This document shows, one piece after another, positions 1-13,385 of a stretch of DNA of 64,000 nt; the stretch's first letter is position 1; each line of letters opens with the position of its first letter. The translations under genes were made by a program, and so were the position numbers. Below the pieces are notes generated by a model. That model saw nothing but the letters and a program-made list of their open reading frames with translations. It was not told the DNA's origin and made no database searches. Location of the stretch: assembly GCA_030390025.1 (NCBI GenBank), contig CM059430.1, forward strand, positions 4,526,001 through 4,590,000, given 5' to 3'. The DNA is from Squalus acanthias (lineage: Eukaryota).

Positions 1-220
1 AGTTTTCCAGAGTGGTTGGAAGTAGGCAGTGGTGTCCTTCAGGGTTCCGTTCTGGGGCTACTATGTTCCTTGTGTATATCAATACCAAAATTGGAGGCAC
101 AGCTAATCCTTTAGAAGACCAAAGGAAGCTGCAAAGGAATATTGGTAAGATGGGGGAATGAGCTAAAAAGTGACGGACTGAATTCAGTGTTAGTGTGAGG
201 CGATACATTTGGGTAAAAGA
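1..220 (+). mobile_element. Decayed CR1-clade LINE ORF2 (RT) fragment
   Basis: ggtgtccttcagggttccgttctgggg encodes a GV(P/L)QGSVLG RT motif. Positions 105-190 closely resemble 51035-51110 (ctttagaagaccaaaggaa...caaaggaatattg.taagatgggggaatg) inside a longer CR1 copy. Confidence 0.7.
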
Positions 221-719
221 AGTAACAGCCCCATTCTCTCCTCAGTCCGAGCAGATCTTTGAGCAAGAATACGCAACTGTTTCAGGCATGTGGCTTCAGC
301 AGAATTGAAGGGTAACACCTGGAATGTCAATCTATATATCGCTTTCAAATGCTGATTGGCCTGTTGTGTATTTGCAAGAACTTTTTGTTTTATGTCATAT
401 TCGCAGTTTTTCTTTTTATCCCATGAAGGCACAGTTTCCACTAGTATTTCCGTGCACAGGTGTTCTAAGTATTTACATTTAATAGGCAAGAGTCACCTAC
501 ACTTAAGCTTGCAATTTTGTTACTCCTAAGTTAGTTAGAGTGAAATATGAACAGATGTTGCACTTATATTCATTATTCTCGACATACATCATAGAGGTAG
601 AGCATTTCCTGAGCTCCGGTGATGGTAATTGGAACCTGTACCGAAATGTACAGATCCTTACCTTTTCCGTTTACTAGTTATTTTCTGTGTCAGGTGATCT
701 TTTGCTACTCTGTCTCATT

Positions 720-1950
720 ATGATGGTATCTCCTCAGAAAAGCCTAAGGAAATCACAAGGTGGAGCTGTGTGGTAAAGGGAGGACAAAGTTAATCCTGAA
801 GCAACAAGCAAAATGTAGTAATGATTCACAAGCAAGGAGCATGCTGTGCCCCCACTATACAACCTGTTAATCTACCCCCAAAAATTAACAGGGCACCCAA
901 AGTGCACGCCTCCTGACCTGAGCTGAACCTGCCTGTATTTCTAGGTATTAGGTCACTTGAATTGGTCTGATGTCCTCCATTGCAGGCCACCCCTAGGCAA
1001 GGGCTTGCACCTGGAGATGGAGGTGTAAATTCAACTAGCTCCAAAGAAGAGGGGTATTGACCCCTAGCTTCGGGGTCTCCTGGCCACTGTCCAAAAACAG
1101 CAGCCAGAAGGCTCCCAGCCCCAAGAGTCTTCCTGCTGCCCCTGGAATGAAGGTCGTACCTCCTTTTTCAGTTCCCACCCTATTTTCTCTGCTTTGTACC
1201 TGGGGAATAAGGGGAGCTGGGGAGAAGCAGACCTGTTTGGGTTTGACAGCTGAGCCAAAAGAAAAACTGCTAAGAAATGGTACATCTGCACAGACTACAG
1301 GGGAGATGATGTATCTTGAAATGTGAAAAACTGGCTAGACAAGATTTTACTGACACTATGCCTTTAGTGTGCAGCAACCTGGCATCATGAAATCCGCTGT
1401 CCCAGTGGCAACAACAACAGCAACACCAGCTGTATAAATATGGACTGAAATGTGGATAGTGTTCTATTGCTCCAAGAACACTGGAAAATCCATCTAGAGA
1501 GTAAAACAGATACTTTAACCAATGTAGTGGTACATTTAGATTTAGAACATTTCTGTTGCTGTTTGATATGTTGAAGAAGCCAGGGGCGTAGAAGGTGAAA
1601 GCACTGGTTAAGTTGATTACCACAGGTTGCACACTACTCTTGACTGTGATACTCTCTTCAGATCCACTCAGAGCTCTGTGCACAAGCCAAGCGCAGATTG
1701 CTTAGCTTGTTGGTATCTCTGCAAGATCTGAGCCTCTGACTGATCCAGGAATATCATCCTGGGGCAATACACCCTGCCTGAAGGTCAATTGTGCTTCCTC
1801 CTCTTATACAACTTCCAGGGGAGTGACTTTGCTACAGCCATGCTGAAGGAGAATGTTCTCTTGGTTGTCTAGATATACACGCTGGTTGAAGATGTTTCAG
1901 ATGACGTCAAAACGATCAACCTTTTTCACACAATGCTATTTGTCCCTGAG
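720..1950 (-). mobile_element. GC-richer block with a decayed-ORF appearance, possibly a DIRS-like retroelement remnant
   Basis: Minus-strand frames broken by scattered stops. GGRL followed by CFRINFVLPLP near 760-880 loosely resembles a DIRS RT N-terminus. No catalytic motif seen. Confidence 0.2.
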
Positions 1951-2283
1951 AATGATACACGGGCAGGGAATTGAGCAGATTTGCCAATGAATTGATTTCT
2001 ATTTGCAAGGGTGAAAAAGATTCATTTTTTCCTGTCAGACTTTAGGGCAAAAATTCCTGAAAATACCTGAGAAGCCGGAAATTATGGAAAAATCTGGAAG
2101 TCAGTGAGTCTTTGCAGAGTCTTGAGCATCCTCTTGCTGCGTTACCACCCCATCACCCCATGCATTGACAATAACAGATATGTTGTACAATTATCGCAAC
2201 CACGGGATTCAAAATTAAAACTACGGTATTGGAATTATTAACGAAAATATTTGCAGAAAGAAATAAAATGATTCTTTCTAATA

Positions 2284-2498
2284 TGGATCCTGGAATGCAC
2301 TGCCTGAAAGGGTGGTGGAAGCAGATTCAATCATAACTTTCAAAAGGGAATCGGATAAATACTTGAAAAGGAAACATTGCTGGGCTATGGGGAAAGAGCA
2401 GGGAAGTGGGATTAATTGGATAGCTCTTTCAAAGAGCCGGTACAGGCACAATGGGCCAAATAGCCTTCTTCTGTGCTGTATCATTCTATGATTCTATG
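2284..2498 (+). mobile_element. CR1 LINE 3' end (5'-truncated)
   Basis: Encodes WNALPERVVEADSIITFKRESDKYLK, followed by a 3' UTR ending in (attctatg)n. Homologous to 13180-13385. Confidence 0.85.
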
Positions 2499-3971
2499 CC
2501 TGTGAAAACTCTCAGCAATGGCTTCACTAGTGAGGCCAAGTGCATAAGTAAGCATAAAGTAAAAGTTGTTTAATCAGCACTTATCGTTAATATGTTGACG
2601 AGGCAATGCAACACAAGACTAAAGATACCAAGCATCGGTTATTAACAGCGCTTAGATTAATTATTACTCTTCTTTGAAAAGCAAACTTTCTTTGTCCAAG
2701 TAAAGACTTTTCGTGACCATTTTAATTCATGGGTTTTGGGTTGATGAAAAAAGGGAGCAAACGATGTAATTACTACGGTTATTATAAACCATAACATATA
2801 TAGAACTGCTTGTGTTTTATATGGTTTGTGTGTGGTCAGCAACAAACATAAAATATCAGAGGACATTATGGTGAGCAGCTACTGCATAACACAATCGTGA
2901 TATCATGAGATACCGTACTCCTTTTAAACACACAAGCCTTGTACATAAGGCAATCAAGTTTGCACAGTAACATACAAAATCATAATTCAATCTTCAAACT
3001 ATTCATTTTATCAATAACATGAAGACAATAGGAATAAAGTGAGGTCACTGCATGGCGACCCGCTGAAATGGCATCAGTTCACACTTGTCTATCATTAGTG
3101 CTTTCGTTCATTTGCTTCATTTAATATTTTAAAGATACCTGGTTTTGTGGCAGCATGTCTGATTATATTGTATTCTCCCTGTATATTGGTGCACTGTTAT
3201 ATGGTGACATTATTACACAAAAGCATATAAAAATGGAAAAACAAAATCCTCCAAGCCAACTTAAAGATCGGAGATAGCGAATCAAATTCAGTCTTTATAT
3301 TTCTCTTATACTTAGATTGTATGACACGGCTGTAATCAAACAAACACAGGAAAGATAAGAAGTATAATTTCAATAGCTCAAATCTGGGGACATTTTTTCC
3401 CTTCTCTGGGATATGAAAAGACATCATTCATCGCCAGGGAATTATTTTGGAGCATCAGGACTTAAAGCAACAGAGGTTAAGCTCAAAGGCAAAGAACTAA
3501 ATGGTGAGATTATGTAGAATTAAAAAGGAAATGTAACTAGACAAATTGTGCCAAGCGATTACCAACAATTATAGTGCAGCTTTTGGAGATTTATTCTTCT
3601 TAAACCAAAGTCCTGCAAAAAGAGACTTGTCTTCAGAAAGTAAGCCCACATGTTTCTTAGCCAGAGTCCCTCAATTTTACTGTAATTGTCTGAGGAGCAG
3701 GTCTTTGATCTTAGCTACTACCAAGAACGGGTTGTTTGGTTGGTAATGCTGCAGCTGCAGTGCGATGCACAAACACAGATGCTTCAACTGACTACATACA
3801 GGCTTTGATCTGCTGTCTTTAAGACTGTTTTTTTAAAAATTTGACTGCATCCAGTTAGGCTACAGTCGCGAAATATCAGAAATAAAAATCTACATTATTC
3901 CCTTCTAACAGTTGTTATTCCTCCTGCAAAGTTCCGCCTATTTTCTGATACTGAGCAAATTTATCCAACCA

Positions 3972-3992
3972 AGAGAGAGAGAGAGAGAGAGA
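3972..3992. repeat. (GA)n microsatellite
   Basis: About 10 AG units seen directly. Confidence 0.9.
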
Positions 3993-6900
3993 AAACTGGT
4001 AGATGGAAATTGCAATGTGGTATTTATCAAGTGATCCTTTTTATCTGCGCTGTTGAAAATGTCAAAAACTGCTTATGACATTTTCGGGGCCCTGAGTTAT
4101 GTTTAGAAAAGTTTTTTTTCCCCCAATACATCATAGAAAGAGAACAAAATTGCTGATGTAGGTCATCAAAAGGGGTTAGTGCAACTTGGAACAAAGCAAA
4201 ATTGGTGCAAATTACTTTAATCATCTGAATGAGCGGGAGAGATTCTTTTTCTCACCCGCATTTAAAAGATGTACTCTGTTTTTAGTATCAAGAAAAAAAT
4301 ATTTTCTACTTTTGGCGAGCCGGCTATACTACTTGTGAAATTCAATTTATAGGACTTTCAGCCAGTCCTTTTACAGCTATCTTCATACTGCAGTCAAACT
4401 GCCTTGGTATCAATAAGATAAAAAAGGTATCCCAATAATAAACGTAGTCATTTTCTCCATCATCATCACCACGCTTGCAAAGTAATGTCAAGGAAAGCAC
4501 TGGAAATCTAGACATGTAGAATACCATGACCATAGTAACACACGGCTTACTGACAATAGAGGAGATGGTCCCCCCACCCCCACGCCAAGTTTTTCTAGAT
4601 ATCGCTTATTACCATTACATGTGTTGTTAAAATGCTGCTGAGGTTGTCTTTTGGGAAGGGGGTTGTATCGGTTTGGTTTCAGGTAGAATTGACTGGCGTT
4701 TTCCCGATGTTCTCAGCCACGGCTGTGCTCCGATGAATATTTCTTCTTTGACAATCTCGGAGAAGACTGTTTTACCCCAGGACATTCATCACATGCACGC
4801 AAATGTGACCAGAAAAAAAAGGAAAGGGATCGTCTCAGCCCTAATGTGGCAGACAAGGGTGAGATGGACGAAGAAGATTTAGCAGATTTAATTATCGAGT
4901 ACCACCCAGGTACACGTAGATGAAAAGCGACAGTGAAAAAAAACACAACTCTTTCAGTGAGTTCAGAAAATACCTAAAATAGTGACTAACCTAGAAGCTA
5001 AATTCACTGAAATAGTTTTGAAGTAGCTTTATTTATATTAGTCTGGTTTCTTCAGATCCCATCATTCTCTCTATATCTTAGTGAATATTCATAGTTCTGG
5101 ATCAGATTATATATGACATTAAATGAACGTGGTAATATTCTACAGTAAATGAATCTCAAAGTGTTTTATTTATATAGTTAAGCAATATGTCCAATCCAAT
5201 CAATTGCTTGTCACATACACCATATATTTCCTGACATTACACCTAAAGATTTTTACACTTACCGCTATCTAATAGGTTCTGAACCACATCCAGCATTGCA
5301 GGATATATAATGAGTTAAAAGAATTAAACATTTTAAATGTAATTCTTATTTCAATAGAGTTTTTAAAGTTTCATGGACACGTTTAACACAATTACAACAA
5401 GCTCATATTTTAATCTAGCAGTATGTTGTGTGATCAGCTTTTTCATAAGTTCACAAAAAGGCACGCTGGTTTGAGCTAGGTGTTACGCAGCATGTCCAAA
5501 TATCACAATTCTGTTTTCTTTGTTTTTTTAATATATTTTTCCAACACCATTGCAGAAATTCTCAGAGGCCAAATCTTCTGTTAGTTGAGTTTTGCATTGC
5601 AGTTGCACAGACCAAACTAAACAGTTAATGCTCTAGTTTAATATTTATAAAGTGAAATAAAATTGGTAATACATCTAAATTCAAAGCTGTCTCTCTATGC
5701 ACCAAATGGAGATGTACCTTCCTTTTCATTTAAACAAAATCAGTTCTTTAGCAGTTTTTACTCCCTAAAGATTATTTCAAGGTTATGAGAAGATTTCTGA
5801 ATTTTATTATATTTTATGCTCTTAAGTACACTATGTAAGGAATTACCAAAAATCTGTTAAAATAAGAAACACATTGTGAATTAATGTTATACATTTATGT
5901 TATTTTAATTATTTTTTGGCATTTGTTTGAATAGCTTTGAGTAAGTCTTATGTTAATAAATTTATTCTGCATTTTGTGAGAAATGAACATGAGAAAAATG
6001 ATCAGAATGAGAGTTGTGAACTTTGTTGCTAATAACGGACAATTAAATCCTTAGGTTACACACATTTTATATAACCTGTCAAATGTTTATGATGGAAGGT
6101 CAGTTGGTATTGACACTTACATTTGTTCAGCCCTTGAACAATTGACTTTTCTTTGCAGATATCAAAATTGTCTCTTTTACCTACAAAGTGTCTGTATTTG
6201 TAGCTTACAAATAAACCAAAAAAACACGTATTCTACACAGAGACTTTGAACACCAAGTCAGACTGTGCATTTGCAATTTGTTTATTTTTTGCTAGCCACT
6301 TTGAGAGCGCTGCCAAAGATCTCAAAGGGTTAAAAAGTAAATTATTTTCCGTTACAATGATGTGATCAAATTCACACAGCAATAAAGATGACCCCATTTT
6401 CTATCTAAAAGTAAGACAGGAGAATTGTATAAACCAAAGAAATGCCATGAATAATTCTTTGTGATTTCTTTTATATTGGCACTCAGTGTCTTGCAGTGAA
6501 CCCAAGAGAAGCTGGATAGAGTGAAACTGAAGTGCAGGATATCACTTGCCTAGTTTTTCATTTTTCACTAAGTGATACTGTTTCCTTCAGCAACAAAGAA
6601 AGTATGCTATATAAATATTTCTATGCACAATTCAGAAGCATCATTAAAAAGGAGAAAGCAACATGGCCAGCGATTACCGTTGCGACTTTAAAGCAATTTT
6701 ATTTATCGTACTTGTTGCTAAATTTTATGAGTAAAACAACCCAAGGCTTTTGTGAAAAGTAGTTGCATAACCAGTTGAGACAGAAAAATACTAGGCACAG
6801 CTTTAGTTACGTCGGGTCTACTGTAACCATCAGTATTGTTTTTTTTCTTAGACAAAGTGCAACATTTAACAATATCGAACAATTTTATTAATTACAGAGA

Positions 6901-9900
6901 TTTTGATCTGAAGGAAAGGAAGATACAGTCAAGACCTATTATTTTTGCACCTTTCTTCTCCATTCTTTTCCTTATTTGTAACTACAGTATAGAAAGCAGA
7001 TCTCTAATATTTTTCAATTACTAATTACTAATGCAATTCAATAAATTAGAGTGTTCCAGTAATTCAAAATGATTTATGCCCCATTTCTACAAATGTATAA
7101 ATGAGATTTGAAATTTCAATGCCATTTCACAAATTAGGTGATTAAAAGAGAGAGAAATATGGTGTAATATTGATCTCAATGCTATTTTATTCTGCAATAA
7201 CCATTACACTGTATTGTAAAATTCACATGCCTGGTGCTGTGAGTGTGATTTATATTATTTTTCTATTTGCTTTAACAATAAGTGTTTTGTACATGTATTG
7301 ATTTAACTCTTACAAATTAGGCTTTTCGAAGACTCATTTCCCCTTTTCAAATAAACCAATATTTACATTTTAGAAACACAAAACATAGTTTTCCAAAATG
7401 TAACTGGATAGAAATGCTATTGGTTCGTCAAACTTTTTCTTTCTAATTTTACACCTGCACTTAGCCTAAGACTCTAAAGTATTGTTTCATATCCTGCCAA
7501 TTCGTTTACATCAAAAGGAAATGAAAGATCTTATTTACAACACAACTATGGTTGCTTTTAATTAAAATGGTTCTTTTAATTGGTGTAAGAATACGTGTAT
7601 GCAATATCTGGTTGGCTATATGCATGTATATCAGATTTAATTCAAGGTGAAGGATGGCCCAGCAATTTCATCCCTTTAAAACTCTATCTGGTCACAGCCA
7701 GAGAAATGTGATTAAAATAGCTCACACTTATAAAAGTAACTTAATCAGTTCACTGTTGCCATTTTTCTTCTGTCACAATCCCTTACTTAGCTAACCTATA
7801 TTACATATCCCTGATTCAATTCTTCATCACTCTGCTTTTTTCCCCCTCTGAGTGCCTTCATAGAATAAATCAGTCATAGTATAATTCAGTCATAGGATGC
7901 AGCACCGGCCTGTCTGCAGTAGTATATAGAGAGAGCAATAGTTCTCATAAAGTGCTAGGTTGCCATAGGTCAGTCTGCACTTGCCAATCATTCCTACAGT
8001 ATCCAAAGTAACCACTTTCCATCGCAACCCTCTCCATGACACAGGCAGTTCCACAAGAATTTGTGAACTAAAGGAGAAATAATGAAAAAATAAAAGAACA
8101 GATTGGAGAAGGTTGAGCTCATCCATACAATGCTTTGCGAGCTAATGTACTGTTGTGAAAAAAAAAACCACTCTCTCAAAAATCAGGCTTCAGCTGCTTT
8201 CTGGAGGCAGAATGCTTAATGACCCATAATTGCCATTTTGCAAAAGGCAAGTCACTATTCTACATTCATGGTATGTACAGTATGCAAATATCTCAATAGG
8301 CTGGTACAATCCTCCATTATAGTTCACAATGATCACCAAATTAGCCTTTGGCAGCCGTTGTAATTGGGAGGTGTTGTCTTGCATCAGGGACCTCACAAAA
8401 TTTGAAGAATAATGCGCCGAGAATGTTCTTACAAAGAAATGTGTTTTACACCAAGGGGGTCAGTAGCACAAAAAACAACAAACGATTCAGAGCTACTTCA
8501 TCACTATAAACAAATCAGCTTTTCTTTGAAAAGCTCTCTAAGGAAACACAGTCACTTTTAAAAGAGGGCCAACCAGGGAAGAATCGAAGCACTTGCCATG
8601 GTTTCCTGACTGCACTGCCACACAGTCTCTCCCTGGGATGATCCTGGCTTCAGGCTCTTACTGTGTGGCCCATTAACAGCCACTATTTTCAGCTTTAGTT
8701 GATGTTGCCAGGGCTAACTGTACTTAAACTTTGTGTCTGATCAAGTTATGTGTATTGGATCTGAAAACAGTTAGTCAATTGTTTCTGGTCCCTAAGTGGT
8801 GATTTGTGGTAATGTTTACGTCAATACTAACAAAAGGCTTGCTGGGGTACCAAGAGTGTCTATAAGATGAAGGACAGGGGCTGCCTGTCATCAGTCCTGC
8901 TTGCAATAAACACAAGATTTAAAGCCCAAGATTGTTAGTACATGTAAATGAATGACTTATGGAGATCTCACAGTTGACAGTGAAAACCCAAATCTTCGAG
9001 CTCCGTTAATAGAAAGCAAGGCAGCTGTAGTTGTGGGGGTGCAATTGGACACGTGATAAATGTTTGACAGGCACAACAGCACATAGCATCATATTTTCAG
9101 ATAGGGTTAAAATGTTACACCAGCTGTCTTTTTAAACTCACTATTAAATAATGCAAGAATTACATTAAAATATTAAATGCTGCAAAAACATTTATATGTT
9201 CATGTGGCGTTTTAAAATCGAATTGGAGACTGATCTGAAAAATACATCTCAAATCTCATTTGATGTTATTGGTTAAAAAACAACAGAAAACAATTCTGCA
9301 AATGGCAAAATTGTATGTTTTTGTATAATTTTGTCCAAAAAAAACATTATTAGGTGTGATAATAAATATAATTTGTTTTACAAAAATATGGGATTACTCC
9401 ATTTATCAAATCTAAGATTGTTACAATTCTTGAGAGGTGTGTACTGCACATTTATTTTAAAAAGCGCAATCACAACTATCAGAATTTATTTATCATATAT
9501 TCTGTGTGCATCAGAGGCCCTCTGACCCCTTCCAAAAAAAAATCTAAACCATTACAGTCCATTTCCTTATCCATCCTTTGTTAATCTGCTGGCTTTGACA
9601 TTGTAATATGTGTAATGAGGGTGTAAGCCTTAAAAGCTTATTTTAATTTTAACGGATAATGCGCAGAAACTGTTCCTCTCACATTAACATACGCAAAGAA
9701 AGCAGGAGCTGATATGTAAAAATGCAGAATGCGTCGTCTGCTCAATGTGTTTATTATACAAACTGACACTCACTATCCCATTGATGGTTGCATTCCCACT
9801 CAGAGGCCAAAGACAACATGGGAAATGTTGTAGCTGTTTAACTGTATAGTGAAAATTGGCAATCAAAAAAAAAAATTGCAAAGATGCAGAAATCTCATGG

Positions 9901-10701
9901 CGTTAGGGTGCCTGCATAACATATACATAATAACAGTAGTGGGAAATGACTGAAATACACCAGTCTGTCACAGCTCCCGGGTGCTCTTAAATGCTGATTT
10001 TTTTTTTTACGCGCTTCGTCTTGCTGATACTCGCCTGCTACATGCATGTACACAGAAGTAGGTATATCACAGAAAGATTTGCTCATATAAGGTTTGCTTT
10101 AATGTATGATGTTTTATCTGCTTTACATTGGCATTTCTTTTTAATCATCTTTTGATGGTTATTTAATACTCTCTAAAAATAAAAAATGAGCTAACCTTGT
10201 GATAAATCCTTTTCCTGGCTAAAGTCTGCATTTTACAGAAGAAAAAAACCCCCCACCAATAATCCTGTTTAATAACTGCAATTTATTTTGTGGGAGATTT
10301 AAAGAAAGCATCTGCCATTAAAATTGTTAGGTGATCAGAAATAATGAATAAATAAAGACGATGCAACTAAACTATTAGGAAAAGATAAAAGAAAATGTTT
10401 GCTAGTAGATTTTTTTCTTGATATTCATTACGGCAGTACTAATAATCCAGAATGGCATGTTAAATGTTTTAAATTTATACAAGGTCGCTACACTATAAAA
10501 TGTGTTTGAGGCATTATTTTTTTTAAAAAGAGAACATTTTCATCTGTTCATAAAAATTTATGACACACTTGGTGAAACAGAGGTAGGTTTTGCTTTTGAC
10601 AAAGCACCAAACTAGAAATAGGAAACGATATCTGGTAAATTGAACATTACTCCTCTTTTTTTTTAGCTCCACCAAGAAAGACTCAAACACACTGAAATCA
10701 T

Positions 10702-10890
10702 GGGCATGAAATTCAGCTCTTATCTTGTTCCATACTGCTTGCTGACATACTACAAGTCAACATAACACCGAGTATGATTAACAGTCAGCAGTTGCATGCA
10801 GAAAACAACCCTCCCTGCCCTCTCTTAGTCTGTGTCTGTCTCTTAGCCCAATTGTCTGTTCTCCTCCCCACCCCCTTCCCAATTTCAGCC
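10702..10890. mobile_element. Old MITE-like remnant
   Basis: Imperfect terminal inverted repeats gggcatgaaatt ... aatttcagccc. Confidence 0.35.
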
Positions 10891-12504
10891 ACCACAGCTT
10901 TTAAGATGAGATAACATAAGGTCTGGGCCAAATGAAGATAAAGCAGTGCACTTGACCCACCTGGCTAGCAACACCATCAGACTCTGCAGCCAATTGTATC
11001 AGCAATGAGAATCCGCAAAGGTTCATTTGACTGAACGACATGCTTATGAACCCACAGAGCTGATGGAAACCTATCAAAATCCTTAAGAGTACTGTATTGT
11101 ACTGTGTGTATGTGTGATTGGGGTGGGGGGGGGGGGGGGGTGTAGGAATTTTACTGCATATATTAAATAAAATGGGTTTATTCCTCTTGGTCATGTGAAG
11201 GTCTGGTGATACAGATAATAACAGTCGGGAAACGCGAGGCTTTCTATTATTTGGACACTGGTGATGCACACAAGCAGTGGGAAGATTAAATTAAGTATTA
11301 TATGTGCTGACCCTATTGCCATGGTTACAGGACAATGGATAATATTAATCAACCCAAGACTTTTCAGAAATCCTACATGCAAAATGTAACAGTGATGGCA
11401 ATATTTTATATTGAAATAATTCATGGTAAAGAAACATATTATATACACAATGGCATAATTAATTTTTGATCTATTCAAAACCGATAATTAAAAAATAAAT
11501 TGTTTTCTTCTATTCGACACAGCTTATGATTCATAGTATTATACAAGATGTCATCTCCCCTTCTGTTTTCGTCCAGAAAAAAAACAATGCTAACATCAGC
11601 CCTGAAATGGAAGGAGAATATTTTACTGTCATTTTTAACAAAAAACACAGCCCTATAAAGGTAACAATAAAAAAAATGTAAATGATAGGATACCAAAATG
11701 CATCACCCTGCTAATATCTGTACACAGATTTACTCAGCTCCGATATGCAATTTTGCGTTTGTGATTATTAGCTAGAGACATTTTTGTTTTGCCAGTAAAT
11801 AGGTCTAATAACTTACATATGTTTGGATCACAGCTGAATTATACGTTGCTGGTCACATCATAAGATTTATACATGAAAACACAACTTTAAACCTTGGCAA
11901 CCAAAGCTTGCCCTTTAAACTGTGGCTAAAGATTTCTTGCAACGTAAACCAAATAAATCAGCATAAATATGGAAAAGGTAAACACAAACTTATCGTTGCT
12001 GCAATAGGATAAAGCTCCCCATTTTCACAGACTATTTGAAATTCCACAACTATGCAAACATATTTTGTAAAAAAAATCATTACCTAGCAAAAAGCTGGTT
12101 CTTTGCGGTCATTTTTATGGTAGTAGATCTAAAATATTTGACAGGAAAAGTATTCAACTACTTGCATAGGAAACACACCATGAAGAAAGAAGCCTCAGTG
12201 TTTCATAATTTTTCATCCGTCAAGGGGGATGTTTAGGGTGCAACCACAAATAGGAGTAATAAAGGTAACAGAAAACTTTTATTTTGTTACTAAGTATTTA
12301 TTGGGATTTATTTTGAAAGAGGTCTTAGGAATGTTTAAACTCACACAGTGCTTTGCCATGAAAACTTAAACAGGTTCATAGTAATGTTCTTTTAACTGTT
12401 TATGCAAATACTATTTTTAATCTTCTTAATAAAAAAACATTTTTTTTATGGAGAATTACAAGACCCATTGTGAAGGCTGAAAAAAAGAAAAGAAAAGATG
12501 AGCT

Positions 12505-12735
12505 AATTTAAAAAGTAATCATGAGGTGATTGGGTTTTGAAATGCCTGAAGATTGTAAGGGAAAGGAAAGAGGGGTGCTACAGTTTGACTGTCCTGGAGA
12601 AAATGAGTTAGAGAATGAGACGGTGTTGAGTTTTGATTTGGACGCAGTTAGGATGTCGAGAGGAGGAGGGAGAGAAGAAAGTAGGACGGTCCCTTTGGAA
12701 ATGAGAAGGAACAAGGATGGAAAGTTCAGAGACAC
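12505..12735 (-). mobile_element. Strongly decayed LINE 3' ORF2 fragment
   Basis: Minus-strand ORF with FSNSFSP...LSFP, resembling CR1-type ORF2 C-termini. Weak. Confidence 0.3.
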
Positions 12736-12787
12736 ACCGACTTATAGTTGCGTTGATAAAACATAGACAGGCACGAAAGGATAGAAA

Positions 12788-12810
12788 GAGAGAGAGAGAG
12801 AGAGAGAGAG
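12788..12810. repeat. (GA)n microsatellite
   Basis: About 11 AG units seen directly. Confidence 0.9.
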
Positions 12811-12917
12811 GAATTGCCGATCAGATGACAAGCTTTTTCCTGCATCCTATCCAAGAGTGCAAGAGAGGGCCTATGATTTTGGCCACAGAAATTTTACTTG
12901 AGGCCTGGAATATATCA

Positions 12918-13385
12918 ACTAGAATGGTTCCAGGGATGAGGGATTACAGTTACGTGGATAGACTGGAGAAGCTGGGGTTGTTCTCCTTAGAGCAGAGAAG
13001 GCTAAGAGGAGATTTGTTCGAGGTGTTTAAAATCATGACGGGTTTAGATAGAATAAATAAAGAGAAACTGTTTCCAATGGCTGAAGGGTCCATAATCAGA
13101 GGGCACAGATTTAAGGTGCTTGACAGGAGAACCAGAGGCGACATGAGGAAAAACAGTTTTATGCAACGAGTGGTTAGGATTTGGAATTCACTGCCTGATA
13201 GGGTGGTGGAAACAGATTCAATAGTAGCCTTCAAAAGGGAATTGGACAAATACTTGAAGGAGAAAAAATTGCAGGGATAGGGGGAAAGAGCGTGGGAGTG
13301 GGACTAACTGGATTGCTCTTCGAAAGAGCCAGCGCAGTCTCGATGGGCCGAATGGCCTCCTTCTCTGCTGTACAATTCTATGATT
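12918..13385 (+). mobile_element. CR1 LINE 3' end with open ORF2 C-terminus
   Basis: ORF 12717-13280 contains TRMVPGMRDYSYVDRLEKLGLFSLEQRRLRGDLFEVFKIM...RGHRFK...QRVVRIWNSLP, typical of CR1 ORF2, followed by a 3' UTR and attctatgatt tail. Confidence 0.95.

Noticed and set aside
1270-1683. Cys-rich (CCCCCC) protein
   Set aside because: The poly-Cys comes from a short (caa/cag)n simple repeat read on the minus strand.
12717-13280. 187-aa ORF as a functional gene
   Set aside because: The N-terminal part is read through a (GA)n microsatellite and the C-terminal part is a truncated CR1 ORF2.
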